Below, one piece after another: positions 20,429 through 31,360 of a DNA stretch of 64,000 bases (positions are counted from its first letter, which is position 1; each line of letters starts with the position of its first letter). Origin of the DNA: a virus (lineage: Duplodnaviria > Caudoviricetes); the IMG/VR virus record IMGVR_UViG_3300016486_001578; one strand, given 5' to 3'. The position numbers were made by a program, and so were the translations under genes. The notes under the pieces were generated by a model. That model had not been told where the DNA came from. It was given only the letters and a program-made list of their open reading frames with translations, and did not search any database.

Positions 20429-21085
20429 TTATTCAACTATCTCACTAGCTATAACTTCTTCTTCTGATGATTCAGCATCAACACCATTCTCGAATGTCAT
20501 TACCCAATTTTGTATTTCAGTAGATAAGTTTTTACCAGCAGTATCATAATAATTAAATACTTTACTTATGTCTCCAATTTTCAAAAGAACTTCTGAGAAC
20601 AAATAAGCAGATTTTGACAATCCTTTAACTTTATGTTTTGAGATTAAGTGATAAATGTATGTAATTTCCGTAGCGTTAACTTGAAATGATAAATACTCCT
20701 CATCGTTTTTAAAATTTTTGTTTTGCATCTCATTTAATAAATTTGTTAATTCAATAGCAAAGAATACTGTATTAACATCATATTCCATTTTTCTCTTAAT
20801 AAGATCCATAAGAAATTGATATTGAGGTCTATTTAAGAAGAAATTATATTTTGCATCTGTTAAAATACCAATATATTCTTTCCAAAGTAATTGTGCATTT
20901 TTATATAAATCATCTTTTATACTCTCTTCTTGGTCTTTGCCATTATTACTAGACATATAAGTTTCTACTTCTGATATTTTCCCATCTAATGGTGCTTCCC
21001 ATTCTGTGTCAAAAATAACGTATTCTTTTTCCCCGTCTAGGAATTTAATCGGTGGTTTAACCACATTTGTTTCTATTTTACTCAT
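20429..21085 (-). CDS. Hypothetical protein
   Basis: ORF only. Confidence 0.6.
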   Translation of the reverse strand: MSKIETNVVKPPIKFLDGEKEYVIFDTEWEAPLDGKISEVETYMSSNNGKDQEESIKDDLYKNAQLLWKEYIGILTDAKYNFFLNRPQYQFLMDLIKRKMEYDVNTVFFAIELTNLLNEMQNKNFKNDEEYLSFQVNATEITYIYHLISKHKVKGLSKSAYLFSEVLLKIGDISKVFNYYDTAGKNLSTEIQNWVMTFENGVDAESSEEEVIASEIVE

Positions 21086-21108
21086 TTTTATTTTTATTTT
21101 TATTTTTT

Positions 21109-21537
21109 TTAAACTAAGAATTCATCGGTTGTTCCGTCTGCTTTTTGTTGTTGGTATAACTCTTCCACTTTGTTTGCTCTAGCTACTTTTTCCATTCCAT
21201 ATTTATTAACCAATGATGAAAATGTGTTTAAGTCTGTTCTGATTAATTTTATTTTACCAGTATCTAAATTGTGATTTATTTTATCAATTTCTTGCTCAAA
21301 TAAAATCGTTACTGATTCTTCATCATAAGCATCTAATAGATCCTCATTTATTAATACTTTTAGCTCCTTTCCTAGAACAAAAGAAATATCATCAGGAATT
21401 TTTGATATCTTTATTACATTCTTTAATTTAGAATCCCCTATAAATTGAAATTTAATTGGAAGGGGAAATGATTTCCTATTAAAAATGTCCATGAAATCTT
21501 TTATCGAGTCATCCGATAAGTCTGTAAATCTATCCAT
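21109..21537 (-). CDS. Hypothetical protein (possibly a degenerate phage metallopeptidase fold)
   Basis: LINEDLLDAYDEESVTILFEQEIDKI resembles the HExxH helix without the His residues. Confidence 0.4.
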   Translation of the reverse strand: MDRFTDLSDDSIKDFMDIFNRKSFPLPIKFQFIGDSKLKNVIKISKIPDDISFVLGKELKVLINEDLLDAYDEESVTILFEQEIDKINHNLDTGKIKLIRTDLNTFSSLVNKYGMEKVARANKVEELYQQQKADGTTDEFLV

Positions 21538-21584
21538 ATTTTTTATCTTGTTTTTATTAATTATAAAGTTAAATTAATAAAAGT

Positions 21585-22094
21585 TTAGAAAAATATAGAC
21601 TTAATAGCCAATATTGAAGAAGGAATTAATACAATAGATGCACCTATCAACCCATATATCACATTATAGTAAGTATCACTCCTAAATTGTGAGAATCCAA
21701 ATACAACTAAATAAGAAAACTTATTACCCTTTTGTAAATTTTGAACATTTTGTATACGCTCAATTTTATAAAATTGAAACAATTCACTTAATCCATTTGA
21801 GTTTAGAAATTCCGATAACTCACTTGTGTATTGTCTTATATAAGATTCGGATATTTTATCTACATCTGATTTTTTTATAGAATAAGATTCGCCTATTAAC
21901 TCTTCGGGTATATTTATAACTGTATACATCCTATATGCCCTATCCAACCTTATATTGAATTTAAGGCCTAGTTCTGTGCTTATCTCTTTTAGTCTTTTTT
22001 TAAAAACCCTAAAAAGTTTTATTTTCTTAAATATTGATATGTCTCTCATCTTATTTATAGATATAATGATCCTATTTGTTTTGTTTGTTCCCAT
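21585..22094 (-). CDS. Hypothetical protein with a C-terminal TM helix
   Basis: Hydrophobic C-terminus. Confidence 0.6.
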   Translation of the reverse strand: MGTNKTNRIIISINKMRDISIFKKIKLFRVFKKRLKEISTELGLKFNIRLDRAYRMYTVINIPEELIGESYSIKKSDVDKISESYIRQYTSELSEFLNSNGLSELFQFYKIERIQNVQNLQKGNKFSYLVVFGFSQFRSDTYYNVIYGLIGASIVLIPSSILAIKSIFF

Positions 22095-22130
22095 AATTAA
22101 AACATAAAAGCAATTGCTTTAATATTGTCT

Positions 22131-25100
22131 CTATTCATACCAAGATTTACCAGACTTAGCTTCTTCGCTGCCTATTGCATCGGATACTGATCCATCTAAT
22201 GATTGTGATGATTTATCTATGTTCTTTAATAATTCTATTACTTGTTCTAGTTGTCCCTTTATAACAGAATTATCCACTGATGTTCCGGTTGCTTTTTTGT
22301 TTATATTTGGTAAGTTATTAACTGTTCGCCTAAACCTATTATTTCCTTCGCCAGAACTAACATCATTCTTCTGATTATATAAACGCCTGGCAATCGAAGA
22401 TTCATTAGTATCAACAAACCCACTTAGTGATCTAACATCAGAAACATTTAATGTTTCCATAGCTACACCTAATTTAGTTAACGAGTTTGCTAATTTATCA
22501 TATCCTTTGGCCAGTATTGTCATTCGTTTAGCTATTTGTGTTATTGGATCTTTTCCAAATACATCACCTGATATTAGAGAATCATCAGATTCGACTAATT
22601 GTTTAATTACCCAATTAAAATCTAATATATTTTTACCAATATCTTTCATGTAATTTTTGTTTATATCAGTTGAGAAATATTCTTTATTTAAAGAAAACAT
22701 TTTAGCAACCGAAATAAGACTTTGAGATACTTTAGAAACTATATCCACATCACTTATTATTTGATCAACAGATTTGAATATACTGGAGTCTACGCTTAAT
22801 GATTTGAATATTTTAAAGAAAGAATTTATAGTTGAACTTAATCCATTTCCCCAATTTTCTGATGGATAACTATCTTCATCAAATGTCACTTTATTTATAG
22901 CAAAAAGCTTAGCAACATCAACTATACCTTCTGATATTGTCAATATAGCGCTTTTCATATCATCAACAGAAACACCGGATGAAAACCATCCAGAATTCTC
23001 AGCCAATACTTTATAAACCGGTGAAAAAGCACCAATTGCTAGACCAACTCCTTTTGACCAAGCTTCTGATGGATAACTACCTTCATCAAATGTCACTTTA
23101 TTTATAGCAAAAAACTTAGCAACATCAACTATACCTTCTGATATTGTCAATATAGCGCTTTTCATATCATCAACAGAAACACCGGATGAAAACCATCCAG
23201 AATTCTCAGCCAATACTTTATAAACCGGTGAAAAAGCACCAATTGCTAGACCAACTCCTTTTGACCAAGCTTCTGATGGATAACTACCTTCATCAAATGC
23301 CACTTTATTTATAGCAAAAAACTTAGCAACATCAACTATACCTTCTGATATTGTCAATATAGCGCTTTTCATATCATCAACAGAAACACCGGATGAAAAC
23401 CATCCAGAATTCTCAGCCAATACTTTATAAACCGGTGAAAAAGCACCAATTGCTAGACCAACTCCTTTTGCCCAAGCTTCTGATGGTCCTTGTTTATAAT
23501 CACCCTCTTGTAGCTTATGTGATATCTCAACTATTGTTGCGGCCACACCAACCATTGCCGCCAATCCAGCCCCAAATATTAATGCTTGTGGTCCAAATAC
23601 CATTAACCCTAAAGCGAGAGCACCCATACCAAAAGTCGCATACATAATAGCTGATGATTTTGCCCATTCTAACATTCCTGGATTACTATAATCACCCTTT
23701 TTAAGTACCTTAGAGACCGCTACTATTGTTGCAGCCACAACAACTATTGCCGCCAATCCAGCCGCAAATACTAATGCTTGTGGTCCAAATACCTCTAACC
23801 CTAAAGCCAGAGCACCCACACCAAATGCGGTAATAGAAACCCCGACTCCTAATATCCAACTAAGATCTGGATAATTTGAATAATCACCAAATTTTAATAT
23901 CTGAGATGATGCGGTTATAATAGCGGATATGGCTACAATTGCCAATCCACCCTTTAATAAGTTCCCTGGACTTAATTCTCCTAATATCATAATAGCTGGT
24001 GACATAACTAATGCAATTATTGATAATATACCACCTAATATGGCCGATTGTATCATTTGCTTAACTGATAATTCTTTCATTTCATTTAATATGTGAGATG
24101 ATGCCATTATGGCAATTGACATAGTAGTAAATAATAGAGGCAACGTAACAAGAGCGCTTAGGTCCATCTCACTAACTGCTTTAACTATTGGTGATATAGC
24201 ATATGCCAATATTACAAAGGTAAATGATATAGCTATTGAGGTCAAGAATTGATCAAATCCAATAGGCATTACACCAGATAGGAAACCAGAAGATTTCATT
24301 ATAGCAAATGACATCGCAGTGAATAAAATAGGTATCGTAAGCGATGCTACTAATGCTTCTGCTGGGTTTATATCCTTAAAGGCTCCTATTATATTACCCA
24401 TACCATATGACAAAACCACAAAGGCGGCTCCTATCATCAAGGATGTGAAAAATTGACCTAGGCTTATTGGTTTAACTAATTGTAGCGCATACGAAGCCCC
24501 AGCTATACCCAACGCAATTGCTGGTAGTATTAATGGAAGAAATATAGCCGCAGTTATTATCTCTTTTTCATTCAATCCCTCAAAGGCGGATATCATCTTA
24601 CCCATTGATATACCAATCAAAGCAAACATACCACCTATTAAAACTCCGGTGATTAACTGAGCTGGTGATATTGGCTTTATAAAAGAAAGAACTAATGAAG
24701 AAATTGCTATAGCAATAGACATAATAACCAAAGATCCCGCAGTTATTGCTGTTTGCTCCATTGTTAGTTTTAATTTTCCTATCTTTTCAAAAGCAATGGA
24801 TACTAACGTCATTGCTAATGATAGTGAAATCACTGATAAAAAATCCACTTTACCTACTAATTTAAAAGCCATACCGATGGCCAAAACTGCTCCGGCTATT
24901 AATAAAATTGTTCCTATTCCTTTTTTCAAGGAACCACTAGCTCCAACATCTTCTATTGGTTTTGTTTTTTCGCCTTCCTTTTCCCTTGATAATGATATTA
25001 TTGTTTCTTGGTTCTTTAATATTTGGCTAGTATCTGATTTTATTGATTTTAACTCAACAGATATGTTACTTAAATTCTTACCAAAATCACCACTTTTTAG

Positions 25101-25208
25101 TGCATTTGTTACATCACTATTCGATTCTTTATCAGACTCAATAGCATCAACTAAAGATTCTAATGCAAAACTAACATTACCTAGTGCGTCTAATAACTTC
25201 TTATCCAT
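22131..25208 (-). CDS. Tape-measure-like protein
   Basis: 1025 aa, with Ala/Gly/Ile-rich hydrophobic helical repeats and periodic aromatic residues. Confidence 0.6.
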   Translation of the reverse strand: MDKKLLDALGNVSFALESLVDAIESDKESNSDVTNALKSGDFGKNLSNISVELKSIKSDTSQILKNQETIISLSREKEGEKTKPIEDVGASGSLKKGIGTILLIAGAVLAIGMAFKLVGKVDFLSVISLSLAMTLVSIAFEKIGKLKLTMEQTAITAGSLVIMSIAIAISSLVLSFIKPISPAQLITGVLIGGMFALIGISMGKMISAFEGLNEKEIITAAIFLPLILPAIALGIAGASYALQLVKPISLGQFFTSLMIGAAFVVLSYGMGNIIGAFKDINPAEALVASLTIPILFTAMSFAIMKSSGFLSGVMPIGFDQFLTSIAISFTFVILAYAISPIVKAVSEMDLSALVTLPLLFTTMSIAIMASSHILNEMKELSVKQMIQSAILGGILSIIALVMSPAIMILGELSPGNLLKGGLAIVAISAIITASSQILKFGDYSNYPDLSWILGVGVSITAFGVGALALGLEVFGPQALVFAAGLAAIVVVAATIVAVSKVLKKGDYSNPGMLEWAKSSAIMYATFGMGALALGLMVFGPQALIFGAGLAAMVGVAATIVEISHKLQEGDYKQGPSEAWAKGVGLAIGAFSPVYKVLAENSGWFSSGVSVDDMKSAILTISEGIVDVAKFFAINKVAFDEGSYPSEAWSKGVGLAIGAFSPVYKVLAENSGWFSSGVSVDDMKSAILTISEGIVDVAKFFAINKVTFDEGSYPSEAWSKGVGLAIGAFSPVYKVLAENSGWFSSGVSVDDMKSAILTISEGIVDVAKLFAINKVTFDEDSYPSENWGNGLSSTINSFFKIFKSLSVDSSIFKSVDQIISDVDIVSKVSQSLISVAKMFSLNKEYFSTDINKNYMKDIGKNILDFNWVIKQLVESDDSLISGDVFGKDPITQIAKRMTILAKGYDKLANSLTKLGVAMETLNVSDVRSLSGFVDTNESSIARRLYNQKNDVSSGEGNNRFRRTVNNLPNINKKATGTSVDNSVIKGQLEQVIELLKNIDKSSQSLDGSVSDAIGSEEAKSGKSWYE
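22858..23486. repeat. Three near-identical 207-bp (69-aa) tandem repeats in the tape-measure-like gene
   Basis: TGATGG anchor recurs at 22860, 23067, 23274 and 23481. Confidence 0.9.
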
Positions 25209-25284
25209 AGAAAACTTTTATTTCATAGGTATATATAAAAAATGAGAATTCTTATTAAATATATACATTAAATTAAAGTATATC

Positions 25285-25677
25285 ATGGGCATAGGAGATT
25301 ATTTTTTAGATAAATCAAAGAAAAGCATTAAAATGATTAGCGAAATTTCAAATAGAGTAAATTTTTTAAATAGAAATATTGATAAAGATTTTATGATGAT
25401 GTCTAAAAATTTCACTTATAGAAAGGTATCTGGGTTATTGAGCAAAAATAGAATAGTTATTTGTAATTTAACCGACAGAGAAGGAAAAATAGGTGATAGA
25501 ATAATCAGCATTAATAATAACTTTGAGTTAGATTTTTGTGAATTAACAACCAATAGGGGACAAAAATGCATATTACAAGATAGGTTTTTATATAACTTAA
25601 TCTATAATAATAGGAAAAATAGATATTCATTAGAGGAGCACGATGAATATTTTGAAAAAATAGAAAACTTAAGATGA
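25285..25677 (+). CDS. Hypothetical protein
   Basis: ORF only. Confidence 0.55.
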   Translation: MGIGDYFLDKSKKSIKMISEISNRVNFLNRNIDKDFMMMSKNFTYRKVSGLLSKNRIVICNLTDREGKIGDRIISINNNFELDFCELTTNRGQKCILQDRFLYNLIYNNRKNRYSLEEHDEYFEKIENLR

Positions 25678-25940
25678 TATTAAATTTTATAGAATTTATA
25701 AACGAAATATCTGGAACAGAATTAGTAGGCCCAGTAGGCCCTGGTTATGGAGAAACCGGATTACAAAATAAAACTTTAAATTATCATGATACTAATGTTA
25801 TCTACTCTGATCTAGATGGTAATTTTTACACAATTGATGAGTATGATGCCTTATATAACCAATACCTAAAATCAGGAGGCGAGGTATTACAAGGCGGTTT
25901 TAGTAAATCTAATATTGATATAATCTTATCACAATCATAA
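25674..25940 (+). CDS. Hypothetical protein with capsid-targeting-like N-terminus
   Basis: MILNFIEFINE. Confidence 0.6.
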   Translation: MILNFIEFINEISGTELVGPVGPGYGETGLQNKTLNYHDTNVIYSDLDGNFYTIDEYDALYNQYLKSGGEVLQGGFSKSNIDIILSQS

Positions 25941-26014
25941 AAAAGAGTCTAAGTTTTTTAATAGATACTAATATTGGATATATATCCAAAAATTGATAAA
26001 AACATAAATCAAAA

Positions 26015-27349
26015 ATGAGTAAATTAATAACACTAACCGGAATAAACGAAGAAGAGATTCTTAGTGATATTCTAACAAAAGAAATAATTGTATATGAAGA
26101 TATACAAGGTAGTAAAATATGGGTTAATTGGAATGGAAAAGAGTTTAAAATAAAGTCTAAATCACTATCTAATGAGCCTATAAATATAATAGACCTTGCT
26201 ATGCAGAACTATTATAACCCAGCTATTAATTATCTAAGTTCCTTAGATGATAGAGTTAAATCACTTTTAAATAAAAAATGGTGGTTCTGTTTTGAATATT
26301 TCCCAGACGAACAACCGGCTAATATAGAATATGATAGAATTCCAAAGAATAAACTAGTTCTAACTTTCATAAACAAAAAAGGTAAGTATAAATTTGACAT
26401 AGAAGAAATGAGCGAATATGCTAGATTACTTGATGTTGATATGATACCAGTTATTTTCCAAGGAAAATTAACCGAAACAATGAAAGAAGCTATTAAATAT
26501 TTCATAAACACATCAGAAAAAGACCTCCAATTAATATTTGGGGAAAAGTCATTTGCTTATTTCTTTTATAAGATATTAAATCCTGGTGTTGATAGTTCTT
26601 TCCTAATGAATACTGATGATTTTCAATCAAATGTTGAGAAATTGATAATAAGAACTGATGATGATGATATATCATTTGAGTTATTAAATCCATTATATAC
26701 TAGAATAAGCGAAACAAATAATACTGATTTTGTTGAAATATACACTTTGTTACTTGTTAATTTCTTAAACTTCTCACAATCAGTTAATATCGAAACTATA
26801 AAAATAAAAGGAGAAACCAAAGAAGAAGCTTATATATACCTATTCACCAAATTATTTAATATGTATATAGCCGAAGTTAGGGAGGATATAACAAATTTTG
26901 ATTTCACCGTTCCGGAATTTTTCGATAGAGAGAAGTTTAAAATAAACAAAGAATTAATACCAAATAAATTAACAAGAGAATTAATAGAAGATAATAATAA
27001 ATTTGAGTATATATTCAAAATTATATTAGGATCATTCAATAAGAAGAGAAAAAAGAAAATTGGTGTCTTTACTGATAATACAGTTAAGATATTTAATAAT
27101 TTTGTTGAATCTGTTGATGTTGTTCTAGGTAATTATATAGGAAAAATGCATGAAATAGAGCTAAACAAACAAGGATTGGTTGATTTTGGGGAGTTCTTAG
27201 ATATAGAATATGATGTTGATGGGAATAATGAAGTTTATCCGGATATTTATTCTGAGTTTACTAATAATAAAAGTAATAATAAAAAGAAAAAAGGCAAAGG
27301 TAAATTCCCTATGTTCTCTGATGATATAATAAAAAATAAAAAATATTAA
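26015..27349 (+). CDS. RNA-ligase-fold protein lacking the motif I lysine
   Basis: IVYEDIQGSKIWV (compare EKxDGSN), CFEYF, IPVIFQG, VEKLIIR. Confidence 0.5.
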   Translation: MSKLITLTGINEEEILSDILTKEIIVYEDIQGSKIWVNWNGKEFKIKSKSLSNEPINIIDLAMQNYYNPAINYLSSLDDRVKSLLNKKWWFCFEYFPDEQPANIEYDRIPKNKLVLTFINKKGKYKFDIEEMSEYARLLDVDMIPVIFQGKLTETMKEAIKYFINTSEKDLQLIFGEKSFAYFFYKILNPGVDSSFLMNTDDFQSNVEKLIIRTDDDDISFELLNPLYTRISETNNTDFVEIYTLLLVNFLNFSQSVNIETIKIKGETKEEAYIYLFTKLFNMYIAEVREDITNFDFTVPEFFDREKFKINKELIPNKLTRELIEDNNKFEYIFKIILGSFNKKRKKKIGVFTDNTVKIFNNFVESVDVVLGNYIGKMHEIELNKQGLVDFGEFLDIEYDVDGNNEVYPDIYSEFTNNKSNNKKKKGKGKFPMFSDDIIKNKKY

Positions 27350-27377
27350 CTTATAAATTTCTTTTAATATATACCAT

Positions 27378-28433
27378 ATGAATTACTTAAAAACATTCAA
27401 GGGTTATTTAAAAAAACATAAACTATTCGAATCTAATATAGAGTCTTATATAGATATGGGAGTTATTGAGAATGTCAAAGATTTATCTTTAGATTATTTA
27501 GATGATGGTCTTGAATTGGAATTCATAATTGATTATCATATTAACGGAGACCCATCAAAATCAATAAATCTTTTAACCGGAAAATATTCACATAATTCAG
27601 ATATTCTAGAATGGTTGCACAAATCTATTGAACAATCACTAATAGAAGAAGTAAGTAACATAAATAAGAATTATTTATATTATTGTTTTTATCTAAATAG
27701 AAATGGCGAATATGATTGTGTTGATTCTATTGAAGATTTAAATAAATCGATAAGTGATTTTTACCCAGATTTAAATATATTCTATGATAGGTTTGAGAAT
27801 TCTAAAGATGTTCAAGCACTTAGAAATCATTTAATATCAGAAGAAGGTATGAGCGAAAATGATTTTTATAGTATAAAAAGAAAAGGGTATAAATATTATG
27901 GAATATGTTATGTCTATGATCACACTAGCATAACAGGTGAGGAAATGGAGTTTATTTCTTGTACTGAAGAAGAAGCATTTAAAATAGCGGAAGAAAATAT
28001 AAGTAATTTAATTGATGATGATCTTAGTGGTTCAGAAATATTTAAACCTAAATTATATTTTGATTTTGATGCAGTAAATAAAGATAATATAGTTGAATAT
28101 ATTATCGATGAACCATATTATAGAGAGTGTTGGAAAGATTATGATATAAAATCAGATGAAGATGGTGATATGGATGAAGAAGATTTTGATAATTTTATTA
28201 AAATGATGAAAGATGATATAAATTATGATATAAGAGATTATATAGAGACAAATTTTGGCGAAGAATCCCTTAAAAGAATTATAAAAGATAACTTAAAAGA
28301 TGATTATGTGAAAATAATGACTGATAGTATAGTTTTATCAGATGGATTAGGTCATGTAATATCTTCATATGATGGTCAAGAGAATATAGAATATTATAAA
28401 GGCGTTGAATATTCTATATTTAGATTAAATTAA
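27378..28433 (+). CDS. Acidic hypothetical protein with capsid-targeting-like N-terminus
   Basis: MNYLKTFKGYLKKHKLFES. Confidence 0.6.
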   Translation: MNYLKTFKGYLKKHKLFESNIESYIDMGVIENVKDLSLDYLDDGLELEFIIDYHINGDPSKSINLLTGKYSHNSDILEWLHKSIEQSLIEEVSNINKNYLYYCFYLNRNGEYDCVDSIEDLNKSISDFYPDLNIFYDRFENSKDVQALRNHLISEEGMSENDFYSIKRKGYKYYGICYVYDHTSITGEEMEFISCTEEEAFKIAEENISNLIDDDLSGSEIFKPKLYFDFDAVNKDNIVEYIIDEPYYRECWKDYDIKSDEDGDMDEEDFDNFIKMMKDDINYDIRDYIETNFGEESLKRIIKDNLKDDYVKIMTDSIVLSDGLGHVISSYDGQENIEYYKGVEYSIFRLN

Positions 28434-28442
28434 ACACAAGAT

Positions 28443-28886
28443 ATGAAACATATAAAATTATTTAAAGAATCTAATGATTATTCTGGTATATCAGAATATT
28501 CTAAAATGGTGTTTGCTGATTTTTTGGATGGTGATTTTGAATTAGAAGGAAGTGACGAGGCTGGATGTCTTTATATTTATATTAATATACCAACTTTATA
28601 TGATAAATCAAAGATAGAGGACATAACACCAACAGGAACAGTTACCATCGAAAAGGAAGAAGTTGGTAATCTTTCTGATTTTATAAAAAAGTCAGAAACA
28701 ATATTAAATATTTATAAAGATTTAGAAGTTTGTCAAAAAAGACTAAACGATGAATACAAAGGAATAGTTATTGAAATTGCCAGTTTTCAACCAGAAATTC
28801 ATAAAGGTAATATTCTTTGTTATTTGGAAGTTTGTATTGGTTGGGGAGGATATTTTGAGCCTAGAGCGAATACCCTAGGCCATTAA
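28443..28886 (+). CDS. Hypothetical protein with capsid-targeting-like N-terminus
   Basis: MKHIKLFKES. Confidence 0.6.
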   Translation: MKHIKLFKESNDYSGISEYSKMVFADFLDGDFELEGSDEAGCLYIYINIPTLYDKSKIEDITPTGTVTIEKEEVGNLSDFIKKSETILNIYKDLEVCQKRLNDEYKGIVIEIASFQPEIHKGNILCYLEVCIGWGGYFEPRANTLGH

Positions 28887-28965
28887 GATATATATTTTAT
28901 GTGGTTAAATTAATTGTTATTAACATAAAAATAAGGATAACTTACCACATAACCAAATTTTCTGA

Positions 28966-31059
28966 TTATTTAATTTTTAAACTATAGGTTTTATTATTAT
29001 TAACATCTATAATACACTCAAAATATAAACCTTGTGTTGGTTTTATGTTTAATTTCTCACCAACTACCGTGTAGTATTCAGTGCCTTTTATTGAATTTGA
29101 ACCAATAGAAGATGATACTATGGTTGTTAATTCAAATTGACCATCATTATCAATTTGTTTTAGTCTATAATAATAAGTGATTCCATTATCTACGAAATAA
29201 TCATCATATCTATATTCTTGTATCTGAATAGAATTGTTATTACCATCTACCCATCCAATATATTCAAAATCAACACCATCAATACTACGTTGAACTTCAA
29301 ATCTATTATTGTTTATTTCTGTTACGGTTACCCAATCTAATTGTATAAATTTATTATTTACTGATTTCGCTTCAAATGATAATAATTCAACTGGTAGAAT
29401 GGTCGAACAATTTATATTAGATGTACTACTAATTAAATCAGAATAGCTAACTGTTCCATCCTTAATAGCATTTATTAGATCACCATTATTATCATTATTT
29501 TTTATACCTGGTGTTTGTGTTGATGAAGAAGCATCTGATGTTGTATAAGCATTTGGATCATACATAGCACTACAAGTAAAAGAATAAACCTTTCCTGTTC
29601 CACTTAGACTATCTGTAAATACTCCATTAGTTACTATACTATCATTATCACCATAGGATAGTCCATGGAATAATACAAAATCAGGAGAAACCACTATTGC
29701 GGCATCACCACCATTTCTATATGATATTCTACTCTCCCAGGTACCTCCATAATCACCTGGCGCATATATATTACCACTATATGTTGATACTATATCATTT
29801 GGAGTACCTCCGATTGATGATTCCAATGTAGAATCATTTGCTGGTATAACATAAACACCATCTGGATTCAATAAATCCAATGGGTCATCCAATGGTATTA
29901 ATGATGCATCATAATCGGCATTATTATATATCAATATTATAGAACCCGGTGGTACTGAATTAAATGAGGATGTTAATCTAATATGACCTGGTGCTATTCC
30001 AGAACCGGAACCGGCTTTAAAATCTCCATTATTATCATCAATAATCCACCCAGTTAAATCAACATTATTTGTTGGATCACTAGGATCGCCCAAAACAATC
30101 AATTCTATATATTCCTCCCTTCCAGATCCACTAACACCATTAGAAAATTCATTTACCAAAAGAGCACCATTCGTATTAGATGGTATATTAACTATGATAT
30201 TACCAGTCGAATCATTAGTTAATGTTCCACTTGATGTATAAAATGATAGAGTGTCTCCAACAGAATTTGGAGTTATAGTAAAAGTAGCACACCCACTAGT
30301 TGGTGATGCCGATGTTGGAGTTATAGTAGCTGATGTTCCCAAAATTTGTGATAAATAAATACTATCCATATGTGTTGTTTGTGTTGATGTCCCGTTTGTA
30401 GCACAGACCTCTAAAGTGAATGGTGTTCCATTATCTGCGTTTGTTGGAATTGAAGTAAATTCTAATTGATCAGATATTATTATACTAGAATTCACATTAC
30501 CTTCTAATTGTATTCCTGGGTCAGTTAAATTTATACTAGTAAATCCTTCTATATCAAATGTTCCAGTCTCACCACTAGCATTAAAAGCATATAATCTAAA
30601 AGTAACTGTTCCTGTTAGAGCGGTAAATCCAACCGGGAATGTGAATGTATTGGTTTCACTAGAACTACTAACAGTTCCATCTGTAAAAATATCAGTTGAA
30701 TAAGAATCCAAACTCGCTCTTATAACCATTTTAGTAGGCCCTGATGGACTCCTATCATATCGGATTATTAAAGTTGATAAATCTAAAGTTTTACCAGAGG
30801 ACACACTAATCGACCATTCTAAATAATCATTCATATCAATTAATGTATTTGTTGTCCAGCCTTTTGAATTATAATCATCACCCGAATTATAAATTATTCC
30901 AGTGCTCCTACATATAGTCGATGATGTAATATCTGTTGTTATCCAACTTGGTGTATTTACACACCCCGGATTATTTTCTCTATCATATTCAACAAGAAGA
31001 GCACCATCTACATTGGATAATATAAAAAGTGATATAATAAATAATAGTGTTTTTTTCAT
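28966..31059 (-). CDS. Secreted Bacteroidota T9SS-cargo-like protein with a lamin-tail domain
   Basis: Signal peptide MKKTLLFIISLFILSNVDG. LTD motif LLVNEF..EYIELIV..DLTGWIIDDN. LPVELLSFEA..W.T.TEINN..FEVQRS.DG..YYRLKQID.DG module, then a short CTD-like tail. Confidence 0.7.
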   Translation of the reverse strand: MKKTLLFIISLFILSNVDGALLVEYDRENNPGCVNTPSWITTDITSSTICRSTGIIYNSGDDYNSKGWTTNTLIDMNDYLEWSISVSSGKTLDLSTLIIRYDRSPSGPTKMVIRASLDSYSTDIFTDGTVSSSSETNTFTFPVGFTALTGTVTFRLYAFNASGETGTFDIEGFTSINLTDPGIQLEGNVNSSIIISDQLEFTSIPTNADNGTPFTLEVCATNGTSTQTTHMDSIYLSQILGTSATITPTSASPTSGCATFTITPNSVGDTLSFYTSSGTLTNDSTGNIIVNIPSNTNGALLVNEFSNGVSGSGREEYIELIVLGDPSDPTNNVDLTGWIIDDNNGDFKAGSGSGIAPGHIRLTSSFNSVPPGSIILIYNNADYDASLIPLDDPLDLLNPDGVYVIPANDSTLESSIGGTPNDIVSTYSGNIYAPGDYGGTWESRISYRNGGDAAIVVSPDFVLFHGLSYGDNDSIVTNGVFTDSLSGTGKVYSFTCSAMYDPNAYTTSDASSSTQTPGIKNNDNNGDLINAIKDGTVSYSDLISSTSNINCSTILPVELLSFEAKSVNNKFIQLDWVTVTEINNNRFEVQRSIDGVDFEYIGWVDGNNNSIQIQEYRYDDYFVDNGITYYYRLKQIDNDGQFELTTIVSSSIGSNSIKGTEYYTVVGEKLNIKPTQGLYFECIIDVNNNKTYSLKIK

Positions 31060-31360
31060 GTTTGATTTCTTTTTAGTTTTTGGTGATGGCTTATATATAA
31101 ACATATTTTATGTACATAAACCCGATTATATGTTTTAATTATTTAAAAGTTTTTTGTTGTCTATTTCTCTAGAATTTTGTCTATTTTTTCTTCTCTTGTT
31201 TTGACTTTAACGGACGGCCGCCAAAAAAATGACCACACATTTCATTAAAATGTTTAGAGCCTATTTTTATATCATATTCTTTCTTAAGACTATCTATATC
31301 AATTATTTCTTTCATAGATGTAAATATAAGGAATGAATATATAATATACAACTATTTATT

